From: Nitrospirota bacterium
GTDB lineage: Bacteria > Nitrospirota > UBA9217
Assembly (NCBI GenBank): GCA_963818475.1
Contig: CAWFSF010000006.1
Span: forward strand, 320,001-384,000
DNA length: 64,000 nt
Direction of reading: 5' to 3'
The position numbers and the translations under genes were made by a program. Below the pieces are notes generated by a model. The model was not told the origin of the DNA, did no database searches, and saw nothing but the letters and a program-made list of their open reading frames with translations. This document shows positions 52,634-63,940 of the stretch, piece after piece; positions within the stretch are counted from its first letter, which is position 1, and every line of letters starts with the position of its first letter.

Positions 52634-54018
52634 TTAAGGAGCAGTAGTTCTCTCTATTGCAGCGTAAACGATCTCCACCATGCGCTTCAGGTATTTTGTT
52701 GACATCGTGAGCGGCGGCATGAGCACGATGACGTTGCCCAGCGGCCGGATGATGAGCCCCCGTTTTCTGCATTCCAGAACGACCCGGATCCCGGCCTTGT
52801 CTTCGAGGGGGTAGGGTCGTTTCGTCTTCTTGTCCCTGACCAGTTCAATGCCGACCATAAAGCCTTTTTGCCGGACATCTCCCACATGTTGAAGTTCCCT
52901 TAATGCCAGCAGTTGTTGTGACAGGAACGCGATCTTGGGCTGGAGTCTCGATAAAGTGCTTTCCGAATGGAACAGGTCGATATTGGCGATCGCGGCAGCG
53001 CAGGCCAGCGGATTGCCAGTATAGGTGTGGCCGTGAAAGAATGTTCTTAGATCACGGTATTCTCCCAAAAAGCCCTCGGTATATCCTGTTCGTCGTGAGC
53101 GTTGCCGCCAGCGGCAGATACCCCCCGGTAATGCCTTTGGCAACGCAGAGGATATCGGGAGCGACGTCCTCGTGCTCGCAGGAGAACATCTTCCCGGTCC
53201 TGCCGAAGCCGGTCGCGACCTCATCGGCGATCAGCAGAATATTGTGCTTTGTGCAGAGTTGCCTGATCTTTTTCAGATATCCCGGAGGCTGCATGAGCAT
53301 GCCTGCCGCGCCCTGGACCAGCGGCTCGATGATGAGTGCCGCTGTTTCATGGCAATATTTCCTGATCACCCGGCCAGCCTGTTCCGCGCAGAACAACCCG
53401 CAGTCCGGGTAGGCCTTGCCGAAGGCGCAGCGGTAACAGTGCGGGGTCGGGATCTTGCGGGTCTTGAACAGCAGCGGCCGGTAGATCTCATGGAAGAGGT
53501 CGATGCCGCCGACGCTCACGGAGCCGATGGTGTCGCCGTGATACGATTCGGCAAGGGAAATGAAACCGGTCTTCCGGCGATAGACGGGTTTTTGCTGCTG
53601 CCAGAATTGGAATGCTATCTTCAGCGCGATCTCGACGGCCGTGGACCCGCTGTCGGAATAGAATACTTTTGCCAATCCCCGGGGGGCGATCGACACCAGT
53701 TTCTCAGCCCAGCAGGACCGCCGGCACGTTGGACAGGCCGAGCAGGGTGGAGTGGGCGATCTTCTTCAGCTGGGAAGCGACGGCTGCGTCGATCTCCTTC
53801 TTCCGATGGCCGTGGACCGTGACCCAGAGCGATGAGACCCCGTCAAGGTACTGCCTGCCCCGGATGTCGGTGAGAACGCAGCCCTTGCCGCTTTCGACGA
53901 TGAGCTGCGAACCTTTTTCCCATTCCTGCATCTGGGTGAAGGGGTGCCAGAGGTACTGTTTATCCAGCTTTTCGATGTGGCGGGCGGAGCTTTTTCTTTC
54001 GGCAGGTGTTTTGATCAC
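52634..54018 (-). CDS. bioA: Adenosylmethionine-8-amino-7-oxononanoate transaminase, two frameshifts
   Basis: [43 protein letters not shown]. Confidence 0.93.
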
Positions 54019-54259
54019 CGACTGTTCTCCTTCGTGTCCGTGCTGAGGAATCCCGCAGCAAGAGTTTTCGATTACGTCGAACTGCGCCGGGAACCGGGGA
54101 TTTTCTGCAGAGCTTTGCAGCCTGCTATAGGCTGCTTATTATATTTCAACAACCCTGTTTGTCAATCATAAAAAGTGCTTGAAAAGCCTGGCTTATTTCT
54201 GGTACAATACGTTTTGCTGACTGTGATCCCTTGAGTTCATCCGGAGGATGTGCATCATT

Positions 54260-55756
54260 ATGATAAGCAAAAAGAGATGGTATGTTGCCGCTTTTTTGTT
54301 GCTCGTTATCGGGATTCTCGTCGGCCTTATCCTTGCATCGCGTTTTGGCATCATGACACAGCTCACTGCCAAAAGTCAGGTGTCGTCCAGATCTGTCGAC
54401 ACGCTGACACAGTTGAGTGAGGCGCTGTCGGAAGTGGCTGCGGTATCGACCCCTTCGGTCGTTAATATCTCAACAACGCGGGTCATTAATTCACGGGATG
54501 AGGCGCCCTTCGATTTTTTTGACGATCCCTTTTTCAGGCGGTTCTTCGGCGACCAGTTTCCGCACCCGGATGTCCCGAAGGAACGCAAGGAGCAGAGCCT
54601 CGGGTCCGGGGTCATCGTTTCAGAGGACGGGTACATCGTTACAAACAATCATGTGATCGAAAAGGCGCAGGAGATCAAGGTCCTGCTGGGCGATAAACGG
54701 GATTTCAAGGCAAAGCTTATCGGGGCAGATCCGAAGACCGACATTGCGGTCATCAAGATCGATGCAAGAGGGCTGCCCGCGCTTCCCTGGGGGGATGCAA
54801 ACAAGCTGAAGGTCGGCGAGATCGTGTTCGCCATCGGGAATCCTTTCGGCCTGAACCAGACGGTGACCATGGGCGTGATCAGCGCCGTGGGACGGGCCAA
54901 TGTCGGTATTGCCGACTACGAAGATTTTATCCAGACAGACGCAGCCATCAACCCCGGGAATTCCGGGGGAGCGCTGCTCAATGCCCGGGGCGAACTGGTC
55001 GGCGTCAATACCGCGATCATCTCGCGGACGGGGGGCTACCAGGGGATCGGTTTTGCGGTGCCGAGCAGCATGGCCCGTCAGGTCATGGACAGCCTGGTCA
55101 AATACAAAAAAGTCGTCCGGGGCTGGCTCGGAGTGAGCATTCAGGAGGTGACATCCGATCTTGCCGAGGAGTTCGGCGTCAGGAACCTCAGGGGAGCACT
55201 GGTCAGCCGTGTCATGAAGGGAAGTCCTGCAGACAAGGCTGGCATCAAACAGGGCGACGTTATTCTCCAGTACAACGGCAAAGACATAGAGGACACGGGA
55301 CATCTGAGGAATATGGTATCCCAGACCCCCATCGGCTCGAAAGTGAAGATCAGGCTGCTCCGGCAGAAAAAGGAAGTCGAGGTCGAGGTCGCGGTGTCCG
55401 AGCTGCCCAAGAATCTGGCAGACGCGCCGTTACCGCCGGACGAGGAACCGGGGAGTCGTCAGGAAAGCAGTGCCCTTGCCGGCCTGGTCGTACGGGAACT
55501 GACGCCTGAGCTCGCCGGCCATTTCGGGCTCGACGAGAGCGAGAAGGGGGTCGTGATCGTCAAGATCGATCCGGACAGCAAGGCCTACGAGGCCGGCATC
55601 CGGCCCGGCGACATTATTCTCCAGATCAACCAGAAGAACACCCCGACTTTGGAAGCATATAAAAAAGCTGCAGGCGCGATCCGGTCCAAAGACAGGATCC
55701 TGCTGCTGGTCCGGCGGAAAGGCGAGGACCTGTTCGTTACGCTGAGGCCGGAATAA
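54260..55756 (+). CDS. degP: DegP/DegQ serine protease
   Basis: TNNHV, DIAV, NPGNSGG, two PDZ domains. Confidence 0.93.
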   Translation: MISKKRWYVAAFLLLVIGILVGLILASRFGIMTQLTAKSQVSSRSVDTLTQLSEALSEVAAVSTPSVVNISTTRVINSRDEAPFDFFDDPFFRRFFGDQFPHPDVPKERKEQSLGSGVIVSEDGYIVTNNHVIEKAQEIKVLLGDKRDFKAKLIGADPKTDIAVIKIDARGLPALPWGDANKLKVGEIVFAIGNPFGLNQTVTMGVISAVGRANVGIADYEDFIQTDAAINPGNSGGALLNARGELVGVNTAIISRTGGYQGIGFAVPSSMARQVMDSLVKYKKVVRGWLGVSIQEVTSDLAEEFGVRNLRGALVSRVMKGSPADKAGIKQGDVILQYNGKDIEDTGHLRNMVSQTPIGSKVKIRLLRQKKEVEVEVAVSELPKNLADAPLPPDEEPGSRQESSALAGLVVRELTPELAGHFGLDESEKGVVIVKIDPDSKAYEAGIRPGDIILQINQKNTPTLEAYKKAAGAIRSKDRILLLVRRKGEDLFVTLRPE

Positions 55757-55844
55757 CGCATCATTTCGTGCGGCCTGCTCCGTCCCCGAACGGCCGTACC
55801 CTTTCCTCGTTGTTCGATCTTACATAAAAGGAGGTGAAACAATC

Positions 55845-56850
55845 ATGGGACTTATCCTTATTCGAATGCTGTTTATGGGCGTCGGCACACTGCTTGGCTA
55901 CTATGTCACGACGACGCAGCTGGAAGGCCAGGTCAGCAAATCGGAGGGGATGGCGATAGGATTCGGGGTTGCCGTACTCATCATTCTTACGGAATTTCTT
56001 GTTCAGACGGGTTTCATTGAAGGTCATTGTCGGAGGGATCCTCGGCTTCATCCTGGGGCTGACCTCTGCGAACATTATCGCCGCCCCCCTCAAGCTGGTC
56101 CCGCTCGAACGGAGCATCGTCAATTTCATTCTGCTGCTGATGAACGGTTTTTTCGGGTACCTCGGCATCACCATCGGCGTCAGGGAGGGTGAACGGTTCA
56201 ATCCCTCGAACATCAAGAAGCTTTTTAAGAGCGGGGCGGACGAGAACATCAAGATCATGGACACCAGCGTGATCATCGACGGCCGGATCGCCGACGTTTG
56301 CGAGACGGAGTTTCTCGATGGCACCATCATTATTCCGCAGTTCATCCTGCACGAACTCCAGCATATTGCGGATTCGTCGGACTCGCTGAAGCGCGCCCGC
56401 GGCCGTCGAGGTCTCGATATCCTGCACCGGATCCAGAAAATGAGCCACATGGAAGTCCGGATCGTTGAAGATGATTTCCCGAAGATCCGGGAAGTGGACA
56501 GTAAACTTATCGCCCTGGCCAAGAAGCTCAGTGCTAAGGTGATCACCAACGATTTCAACCTGAACAAGGTTGCGGAGCTTCAGGGCGTCAAGGTGCTGAA
56601 CATCAATGACCTGTCCAATGCAGTCAAGCCGGTGGCGCTGCCGGGTGAGAGCATGCGCGTCTTTGTGCTGAAAGAAGGCAAGGAGCCGGGCCAGGGAGTC
56701 GCCTACCTTGATGACGGTACAATGATCGTCGTCGAGAACGGCCGGAAGTATATCAATAAAAATGTGGAAGTGGCTGTCACGAGCGTGCTCCAGACCGCGG
56801 CTGGCAGGATGATCTTTACCAAGCTCAAGGAAGATGTGGAGCATGAATAA
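55845..56850 (+). CDS. PIN/TRAM domain membrane protein (YacL-like), frameshift near 56000
   Basis: MDTSVIIDGRI, RGRRGLD, TNDFNLNK, QGVAYLDDGTM. Confidence 0.9.
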
Positions 56851-57017
56851 GGGGGAACGGCAAACACGAAACACGAAATACCAAGTATCAAATAACAAAT
56901 AAGCACCAATAACCAAAGCATCAAGTCTCAAACGTTTTGGTAATTGGAGCTTTGAAATTGGTTCCTATTTGGGATTTGTATATTGAGATTTGGAATTTGT
57001 ATTTTGAGGGAGGGTTC

Positions 57018-57761
57018 ATGTCAGGTCATTCAAAGTGGGCAACAACGAAGCATAAAAAAGCTGCTACTGATGCAAAACGAGGAAAGATCTTCACGAAGAT
57101 CGGCAAAGAGATCACCGTTGCTGCCAGACTGGGCGGCGGCGACCCCGACGGCAACCCGCGTCTCAGGACCGCGGTCGCCAAAGCGAAATCGGTCAGTCTG
57201 CCTGCCGAGAACATCAAGCGGGCGATCCAGAAGGGTACGGGCGAACTGCCGGGGGTATCGTACGAGGAAATAACCTACGAGGGATACGGACCGGGCGGCG
57301 TTGCGGTCATTACCGAGGCCCTGACGGACAACCGGAACAGGACCGTTTCCGAGATCCGGAATATTTTCAGCAAGGCCGGCGGCAATATGGGCGAAGCGGG
57401 CTGCGTTTCCTGGATGTTCCACAAAAAAGGATATCTGGTCGTTAGCAACACCAAAGCCAACGAGGACCAGCTGATGACGCTGGCACTGGATGCCGGTGCC
57501 GAGGACATGCAGGTTGAGGACGAAAACTTCGTCATCACTACGGCGCTCAGCGACTTCGAAAAAGTGAAGAAGGCGCTGGAGGATGCGGCCGTGCCGCTGG
57601 ACCTCGCGGAGGTCACCATGATCCCGCAGACCTATGTAAAGCTCGACGGTAAAGAGGCGCAGCAGATGCTGCGGCTGGTTGATACGCTCGAGGATAATGA
57701 TGATGTCCAGAACGTGTACGCGAACTTCGATATTCCTGACGAGATCCTGAATGCTGAGTAG
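57018..57761 (+). CDS. yebC: YebC/PmpR family protein
   Basis: [24 protein letters not shown]. Confidence 0.95.
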   Translation: MSGHSKWATTKHKKAATDAKRGKIFTKIGKEITVAARLGGGDPDGNPRLRTAVAKAKSVSLPAENIKRAIQKGTGELPGVSYEEITYEGYGPGGVAVITEALTDNRNRTVSEIRNIFSKAGGNMGEAGCVSWMFHKKGYLVVSNTKANEDQLMTLALDAGAEDMQVEDENFVITTALSDFEKVKKALEDAAVPLDLAEVTMIPQTYVKLDGKEAQQMLRLVDTLEDNDDVQNVYANFDIPDEILNAE

Positions 57762-57845
57762 GGCCGGCCGATTTACGGCAGCAGGACCCGCGCTCTTGTG
57801 CCGGGCGGTTCCGCTGCCCGGTTTCAGACGCAGGGGGGAGAGGGC

Positions 57846-58409
57846 ATGAGGGTTCTGGGGATCGATCCGGGGACATTGACGAGCGGCTACGGGATCGTTG
57901 CCGAAGAGGACCATCGGCTGTTCCATGTAGCGTCGGGAGGCATCAGCCCCTCGGCAAAGCAGCCGCTCCCGAAGCGGCTCGTAAAGATATATGAAGAGAT
58001 CGAGAAGATCATCGAAAAGTACCGTCCGAATTGCGTGGTGGTGGAGGACCTCTTTGTTTCCAAGAACATGCAGTCGGCGCTCAAGCTCGGCCATGCCCGT
58101 GGCGTGGCCATCCTTGCGGCAATGAACGCGGGGTTGCCGGTCTTCGAGTATGCTCCGACGGAGGTCAAACAGGCCGTTGTCGGCACCGGGAAAGCTGAAA
58201 AAAAACAGGTGCAGCTAATGGTGAAAACACTGCTGAGCCTGCCGAAGGTCCCGCATCCGGTTGATGCTGCCGACGCCCTGGCTGCCGCTATCTGTCATAT
58301 TCATTCCTCGCGGCTCAGGGAAATACTCAAGAATCCTGCATCTCTCCGGCACGGCGGCAGGAGTGTCGGTCCGCGGGGCGCAATCGTTCGCAAGCCCCAG
58401 GCAGACTGA
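57846..58409 (+). CDS. ruvC: Holliday junction resolvase
   Basis: LGIDPG, LGHARG, DAADALA. Confidence 0.95.
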   Translation: MRVLGIDPGTLTSGYGIVAEEDHRLFHVASGGISPSAKQPLPKRLVKIYEEIEKIIEKYRPNCVVVEDLFVSKNMQSALKLGHARGVAILAAMNAGLPVFEYAPTEVKQAVVGTGKAEKKQVQLMVKTLLSLPKVPHPVDAADALAAAICHIHSSRLREILKNPASLRHGGRSVGPRGAIVRKPQAD

Positions 58410-58410
58410 G

Positions 58411-59010
58411 ATGATCGCGTCGCTCTCCGGCAGGCTTACGCGCAAAGCCGCCGATTATGTCATCATCGACGTTGCCGGCGTCGGGTATCAGGTTTTCGTA
58501 CCGCTCTCCACGTATTACCGCATGCCGGACGAGGGTGCTGCGGCGAGCCTTCATATTCATACTCATCTGCGTGAGGACATGCTTGCCCTCTACGGATTCT
58601 CGGAGCAGGCGGAGAAGGACCTTTTCCTGATCCTGCTGGGGGTATCCGGCATCGGCCCCAAACTTGCGCTCACGATCCTTTCCAGCTTGTCCGCCGAAGA
58701 GATCGCTGTTGCCATTCAGTCTTCGGACGACCAAAAGCTCAATGCCATACCCGGTATCGGCAAGAAGACCGCTGCCCGATTGATCCTCGAGCTGAAGGAC
58801 AAGGTCAAGCATCTGGTGACCGCCTCAGCAGCGGCCGGACATCAGCAGCAGGCCGACATTGATGTGGATGACGCCGTGTCGGCGCTGATGAACCTGGGGT
58901 ATAAACGAAACCTTGCGGAGGATGCGGTGCAGATGGTCTTGCGCAGTCACCCGGGCCTTTCCGTGGAGAACCTCATCCGCGAAGGGCTGCAAGCGTTACG
59001 GAGGAGATAA
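58411..59010 (+). CDS. ruvA: Holliday junction branch migration protein
   Basis: GVGY, VSGIGPK, PGIGKKTA. Confidence 0.95.
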   Translation: MIASLSGRLTRKAADYVIIDVAGVGYQVFVPLSTYYRMPDEGAAASLHIHTHLREDMLALYGFSEQAEKDLFLILLGVSGIGPKLALTILSSLSAEEIAVAIQSSDDQKLNAIPGIGKKTAARLILELKDKVKHLVTASAAAGHQQQADIDVDDAVSALMNLGYKRNLAEDAVQMVLRSHPGLSVENLIREGLQALRRR

Positions 59011-59090
59011 GGCAGGTCAAGGGCCGTCGCACGGTGCGAAAACTCCGGCCACGAACCATTTCCCATGCCACTGAAAATTTGAGGTAACCA

Positions 59091-60107
59091 GTGACGAAAC
59101 GAATCGTAGAGCCTGCGCAGGATGAAGGTGATTTCCAGCTCGACCGGAGCCTGCGGCCCGTCCGTTTCAGCGATTTTGTAGGGCAGGACCGGATCAAGGA
59201 GAATTTGCAGGTTTTCATCGACGCGGCCAGGGGCAGGGGCGAAGCGCTGGACCATGTGCTGTTTTGCGGCCCGCCAGGGCTGGGAAAGACCACACTGGCG
59301 AACATCATCGCAAGGGAACTCGGGGTGAACATAAAGTCCACGTCCGGCCCGGTGCTTGAACGCGCCGGCGATCTGGCGGCCATCCTGACCAATCTGCAGC
59401 AAGGCGATGTTCTCTTTATCGATGAGATCCACCGCCTCAACCGTGTTGTTGAAGAGGTGCTGTATCCGGCCATGGAGGACTTTCAGCTCGATATTATCAT
59501 CGGTCAGGGTCCCGGCGCCCGCTCCATAAAGCTCGACCTGCCCTATTTTACGCTCGTGGGCGCCACAACCCGTACCGGCCTGCTCACCTCCCCGCTTCGT
59601 GACCGCTTCGGTGTGATCGACCGGCTGAGCTTCTACTCGCCTGACGAACTGCGGACGGTCGTAGAACGCTCGGCAGCGCTGCTGCAGGTAACGATCGAGC
59701 AGGAGGCTGCCGCGGTCATCGCCGGCAGATCGCGCGGGACCCCCCGGATAGCGAATCGGTTGCTGCGGCGGGTGCGGGACTTTGCGCAGGTGCAGGGCGA
59801 CGGCAGCGTGACCGTGACGGTGGTGAAGAACGCCATGCAGCGGCTTGAGGTCGACGAACGGGGTTTTGACGAAATGGACCGCCGGCTGCTGCTTGCGATC
59901 ATCGATAAGTTCGACGGCGGCCCCGTCGGGCTCGAGACGCTTGCAGCGGCGTTGAATGAGGAAAAGGATACGCTTGAAGATGTCTACGAACCGTTCCTGA
60001 TCCAGGAGGGGTTTCTCGACCGGACCCCCCGCGGCAGGCAGGCGACGAGACTGGCATATGAGTATTTCGGCAAGAAGCGGTCCCCTTCGCAGGAACGGCT
60101 GCTGTAG
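59091..60107 (+). CDS. ruvB: Holliday junction helicase
   Basis: [25 protein letters not shown]. Confidence 0.97.
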   Translation: MTKRIVEPAQDEGDFQLDRSLRPVRFSDFVGQDRIKENLQVFIDAARGRGEALDHVLFCGPPGLGKTTLANIIARELGVNIKSTSGPVLERAGDLAAILTNLQQGDVLFIDEIHRLNRVVEEVLYPAMEDFQLDIIIGQGPGARSIKLDLPYFTLVGATTRTGLLTSPLRDRFGVIDRLSFYSPDELRTVVERSAALLQVTIEQEAAAVIAGRSRGTPRIANRLLRRVRDFAQVQGDGSVTVTVVKNAMQRLEVDERGFDEMDRRLLLAIIDKFDGGPVGLETLAAALNEEKDTLEDVYEPFLIQEGFLDRTPRGRQATRLAYEYFGKKRSPSQERLL

Positions 60108-60194
60108 GCCGCGTCATGGCTGTCAGTGACTGCTCTTCAAGCGCCTGTTCGACGGGCAGGAAAACCATCATAGTGGACCAGCAGGAGCAATAAA

Positions 60195-60599
60195 ATGATC
60201 GGCCAGCATACCAGGACAGTTGTGCTTGCGCTCATTGTCATCCTGCTTGCCGGTATGGCCTACGAGCGGAACAGTGTGTGGCATACGCTTTTGACCCTCT
60301 GGCAGGATGCGGCGGCCAAATCCCCCGGGAAGTCGCGTGTGCATAATAACCTGGGGAACTGCTACATTCTTGCAGGCAAGCCTTTTAAGGGGATCGAAGC
60401 ATACCAGCGTGCCGTGGCCCTGGACAGCAATAACCTCGAGGCGTACTACAACCTCGGCGTCAACTATGAAAATGTGGGCATCATGAATCGGGCGCTCTAT
60501 TATTACGACCGGTTCTGCAAGACCGCACCGTCCTCGTACCGCGAGCAGCAGGAGCATGCCTGTAAACGCGTTGCTGAACTGACCCGCAGCGCGAGGTGA
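60195..60599 (+). CDS. Membrane-anchored TPR protein
   Basis: RNSVW..LW..SPGKSRVHNNLG, TPRs. Confidence 0.8.
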   Translation: MIGQHTRTVVLALIVILLAGMAYERNSVWHTLLTLWQDAAAKSPGKSRVHNNLGNCYILAGKPFKGIEAYQRAVALDSNNLEAYYNLGVNYENVGIMNRALYYYDRFCKTAPSSYREQQEHACKRVAELTRSAR

Positions 60600-60632
60600 A
60601 TAAGATCAAAGGTCCCGTATCAGGAGTCCGAC

Positions 60633-61175
60633 ATGAAGATTTTTTTTCATATATGCTGCGCTCCCTGCGCACTCTACCCCTATTACCGCATGAAGGAGGA
60701 AGGGCTCGAGCCTGTCGGATATTTTTATAATCCGAACATCCACCCCTACCTTGAATACAAAAAACGGCTTGATACGGTAAAGGAATTCGCCGGCCGGGCC
60801 GGGCTCGATGTGATCTATCGGGATGGCTATGACCTTGACGAATTTCTCGTCCGGGTTTCCGGCCGGGGACCGGGGCGCTGCGAGCAGTGTTACCGCATGA
60901 GGCTCGGTGCCGCCGGCACAGCCGCACGGGAACGAGGGTTCCCGGCAATGACCACATCGCTTCTGTACAGCAAATATCAGAAACATGACCTGATCACCGG
61001 CATCGGGAAGGAAATGGCGGCTGAGCACGGGATCGAGTTCTATTACGAGGACTTCCGGCGCGGTTGGCGGGAGGGTATTGTGGAATCAAAGGCCATGGGA
61101 CTCTACCGACAGCAGTACTGCGGGTGCATTTACAGCGAGCTGGACCGCTACCGAAAATCAGGGGTGAACGAATAG
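60633..61175 (+). CDS. queH: Epoxyqueuosine reductase
   Basis: HICCAPC, YNPNIHP, YRQQYCGC. Confidence 0.92.
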   Translation: MKIFFHICCAPCALYPYYRMKEEGLEPVGYFYNPNIHPYLEYKKRLDTVKEFAGRAGLDVIYRDGYDLDEFLVRVSGRGPGRCEQCYRMRLGAAGTAARERGFPAMTTSLLYSKYQKHDLITGIGKEMAAEHGIEFYYEDFRRGWREGIVESKAMGLYRQQYCGCIYSELDRYRKSGVNE

Positions 61176-61251
61176 GGACGGGTTTTAAACCCGCCCCTGC
61201 CTACTTGCCCTGAAAACAAACGTATTGCTCTGCATACCACACGACGCCAGC

Positions 61252-62352
61252 ATGTTTAAAAAATATTTATTCCTATCCATCGTCATTGCTTCTGTCCTGT
61301 CCCTGATGCCGGCGGGAGCGCTCTGCACGGAGAATATCCGCGTGGCCATAGCCGACAACCAGCGGAAGATAGCACTCACGTCCCCCTCCGGATTGGTGGT
61401 GGAGGGGCGAGCCTCTTTGCAGGGTGAACGGGCGATGACCGTGAGTGCGGCGTCGGTCGGTTCCCGGCCGATGCGCGTGCGGTCTGCAGGCGAGTTCATC
61501 CGGGTGAACGGGAAGAACTACCGGGGTTGGGTGGAGCTGAGAAAAAAAAAGAACGGCCTTCTCCTGGCGATCAATGAATTGGATATTGAGCTCTATCTGC
61601 TTGGAGTGGTTGCATCCGAGATCCCTTATGACTGGCATCGCGAGACGCTGAAGGCCCAGGCCGTGGCTTCGCGGACCTATGCGCTGTACCAAAAGCGGAT
61701 GGCAAAAGGTAAACTCTATCACGTGCTTGCCACGGAGAACAGCCAGATGTATAACGGCAGGATCGGCGAGCGGCCGACCACTTCCCAGGCAGTGCGGGAG
61801 ACGGCGGGCCAGGTCCTGGTGTACGGCGGGGAGCTGATCCCCGCTTTTTACCATTCAAGCTGCGGCGGACATACGGAAGACGCTTCAAAGCTGTGGGCTG
61901 TCAGGGAACCCTACCTCCAGGGCGTCGACTGCGAATGCCAGGATATATCAAAATACGGCCAGTGGGAGCGGCAGTTCAGTGTTGACGCAATCGCCCATGC
62001 GCTTCGCAAGCGCGGCTACCCTGTGCTGCAAATCACCTCTGCGACCCTGGGCGCGATCACGCCTGCCGGCAGGGTGAGGGACGTGGTCATCGGGCATACC
62101 CGCGGCGCCACCGTGGTCCCCGCCGAGACGCTTCGTGCCGCTGTCGGAAATGCCGTGATCCCCAGTGTGTTCTTCGAGCTGGAACTGTCGCAGTCGGGGC
62201 GGGAGCTGGTGTTCTCCGGCAGGGGGATGGGGCATGGTGTGGGATTGTGCCAGTGGGGCGCCGAGGAAATGGCTCGGCGTAATTTCGGTTACCAGGCGAT
62301 CCTCGGCCACTACTACCCCGGGACAGGGATCGCCGCGAGGGAGGAACTGTGA
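61252..62352 (+). CDS. SpoIID/LytB domain protein
   Basis: YLLGVVASE, KAQAVASRTY, GHGVGLCQWGA. Confidence 0.92.
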   Translation: MFKKYLFLSIVIASVLSLMPAGALCTENIRVAIADNQRKIALTSPSGLVVEGRASLQGERAMTVSAASVGSRPMRVRSAGEFIRVNGKNYRGWVELRKKKNGLLLAINELDIELYLLGVVASEIPYDWHRETLKAQAVASRTYALYQKRMAKGKLYHVLATENSQMYNGRIGERPTTSQAVRETAGQVLVYGGELIPAFYHSSCGGHTEDASKLWAVREPYLQGVDCECQDISKYGQWERQFSVDAIAHALRKRGYPVLQITSATLGAITPAGRVRDVVIGHTRGATVVPAETLRAAVGNAVIPSVFFELELSQSGRELVFSGRGMGHGVGLCQWGAEEMARRNFGYQAILGHYYPGTGIAAREEL

Positions 62353-62412
62353 TCGCCGCCTGCGGCATGACGGCCGCGACGTCATCTCAGCGGCGCCAAT
62401 GCGTTATTTCTC

Positions 62413-63150
62413 ATGATGAAAACTGCGCTCAAGAATAGTCTCGCGACGCTGGTGATCGTTGCCGTCATCATTGGCTACGCTGCGGCCGCCTACCTGCGGA
62501 ACAGCATTTACTTGACTCCGGTAACGCTCTGGGGAGCGACGGCTGCCGTGGCATGGCATAAACAGCGTCCCCACGAGAATTATGGCCAAGCGCTCTCGGC
62601 CGCAGGTTTCTATAAGGAGGCGCTGCGGGAGTTCAGGATCGTGCAGTCTATGCCGGAAGACGGCAGCGTCCCGGTGCGCGACCTGTACCGCGAAATCGGC
62701 GTGGTCTACTTCAGATTGGACATGATCGATGAAGCCGTCGTTGCCTGGAAAAAGGGGTTGGTTTACGCTGACTATGATCCGAGCCTCATGAATAATCTGG
62801 CTCTGGCATTTTTGAAAAAGGGTCAGTATGCCGAGGCTGAAGCATATGCAAAACAGGGATTGATCCTGGACGCTGCCATGCCCACACTGCTGAACACCTT
62901 GGGAGAAGTGGCCATGCAGAATCAAGACTATGGGCGGGCCGTGGATTACTTCCTCAAGGTCATGGAGATAAATCCCGATGATTCCTCGGGTGCATGGAAT
63001 GCCTCCCTTGCCTATGCACAGGACGGGCAATACGAAAAAGCACTGCAATTTGTGAACCGGTACCTTGCCCGGGAATCGGCGCAGCAGAACCCGCAGCAGG
63101 CGCTTGAGCTGCTGAATTACCTTAATGAAAAAAAGCGGGACAGCCAATGA
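62413..63150 (+). CDS. Membrane-anchored TPR protein
   Basis: RNSIY..LW..HKQRPHENYG, TPRs. Confidence 0.8.
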   Translation: MMKTALKNSLATLVIVAVIIGYAAAAYLRNSIYLTPVTLWGATAAVAWHKQRPHENYGQALSAAGFYKEALREFRIVQSMPEDGSVPVRDLYREIGVVYFRLDMIDEAVVAWKKGLVYADYDPSLMNNLALAFLKKGQYAEAEAYAKQGLILDAAMPTLLNTLGEVAMQNQDYGRAVDYFLKVMEINPDDSSGAWNASLAYAQDGQYEKALQFVNRYLARESAQQNPQQALELLNYLNEKKRDSQ

Positions 63151-63214
63151 TGGTATCTGCAGAGCGCTGTTCCCCCTCTTTGGTGTTGTTCCTGTGCTGC
63201 AGCGAGATCGGTCA

Positions 63215-63940
63215 ATGAAGATGCGTTCCCACCCCCTGTCCGCCACGCTTGCGTTGTTCATCCTGCTCTGTTGTCTGCCCGTATCCATCGCCAGAAACAG
63301 CCTTTACCGGACGCCGCCCAGGCTTTGGGCTGCAACGGCAGCGGCCTCGCCGCATAAACAGCGGCCTCACCTGAACTTCGGTCACGCGCTCGAGGCGGCC
63401 GGGTTCCATGAGCAGGCGCTGCAGGAGTTCCGAACCGTTCTCTCGATCCCCAGGGACAATAGCATTGAAATGCAGAACGTATACCGGGAGATGGGCAATA
63501 TTTATTTGGCGGCCGGACGATATGACGAGGCGACTGCAGCGTACCGGGTCGGCTTGCGCTACGTGCCGTCAGACCCGACGATCCTGAATAACCTGGCGAT
63601 CGTATTGCTGAAACAAAAACGATTTGAGGAAGCGGCTGAACAGGCTGAAGCGGCAGTTGCCGCGGACCCATCGATGTTTAACGCTTTGAACACCCTGGGC
63701 CAGATCTACGTGTCCCAGGGCGCCATTGACAAGGGGATCCCCTTTTTGAAGGCAGCGATCGAAAAGGCGCCGGAATATGCTTCACCCTATATGAACCTGG
63801 CGCTTGCTTTTGAACGGAAGGGCGACTACGAAACAGCCTATCGGTACGCGAGCGCCTACGCAAAGGCTGATACGAGCCCTGCCGGCCGCAAGAGGGCTGC
63901 ACCGCTGCTGGATCGATTGCAAAATAAAACGCAAAAATAA
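63215..63940 (+). CDS. Membrane-anchored TPR protein, paralogue of the preceding gene
   Basis: RNSLY..LW..PHKQRPHLNFG, TPRs. Confidence 0.8.
   Translation: MKMRSHPLSATLALFILLCCLPVSIARNSLYRTPPRLWAATAAASPHKQRPHLNFGHALEAAGFHEQALQEFRTVLSIPRDNSIEMQNVYREMGNIYLAAGRYDEATAAYRVGLRYVPSDPTILNNLAIVLLKQKRFEEAAEQAEAAVAADPSMFNALNTLGQIYVSQGAIDKGIPFLKAAIEKAPEYASPYMNLALAFERKGDYETAYRYASAYAKADTSPAGRKRAAPLLDRLQNKTQK

Noticed and set aside
1560-56850. Frameshifts in nuoCD, nuoB, fabD, bioA, site-2 protease, radical SAM, AMMECR1, PIN/TRAM and other genes, as pseudogenisation or recoding
   Set aside because: They are scattered single-base indels in essential, otherwise intact genes; sequencing or assembly error is the simplest explanation
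61173-61200. Single REP-like hairpin (AGGGACGGGTTTTAAACCCGCCCCT) and partial GCGAAGCAATCT motif at the window end
   Set aside because: One copy each with no associated transposase in the window; the first may simply be a terminator, and the second is truncated
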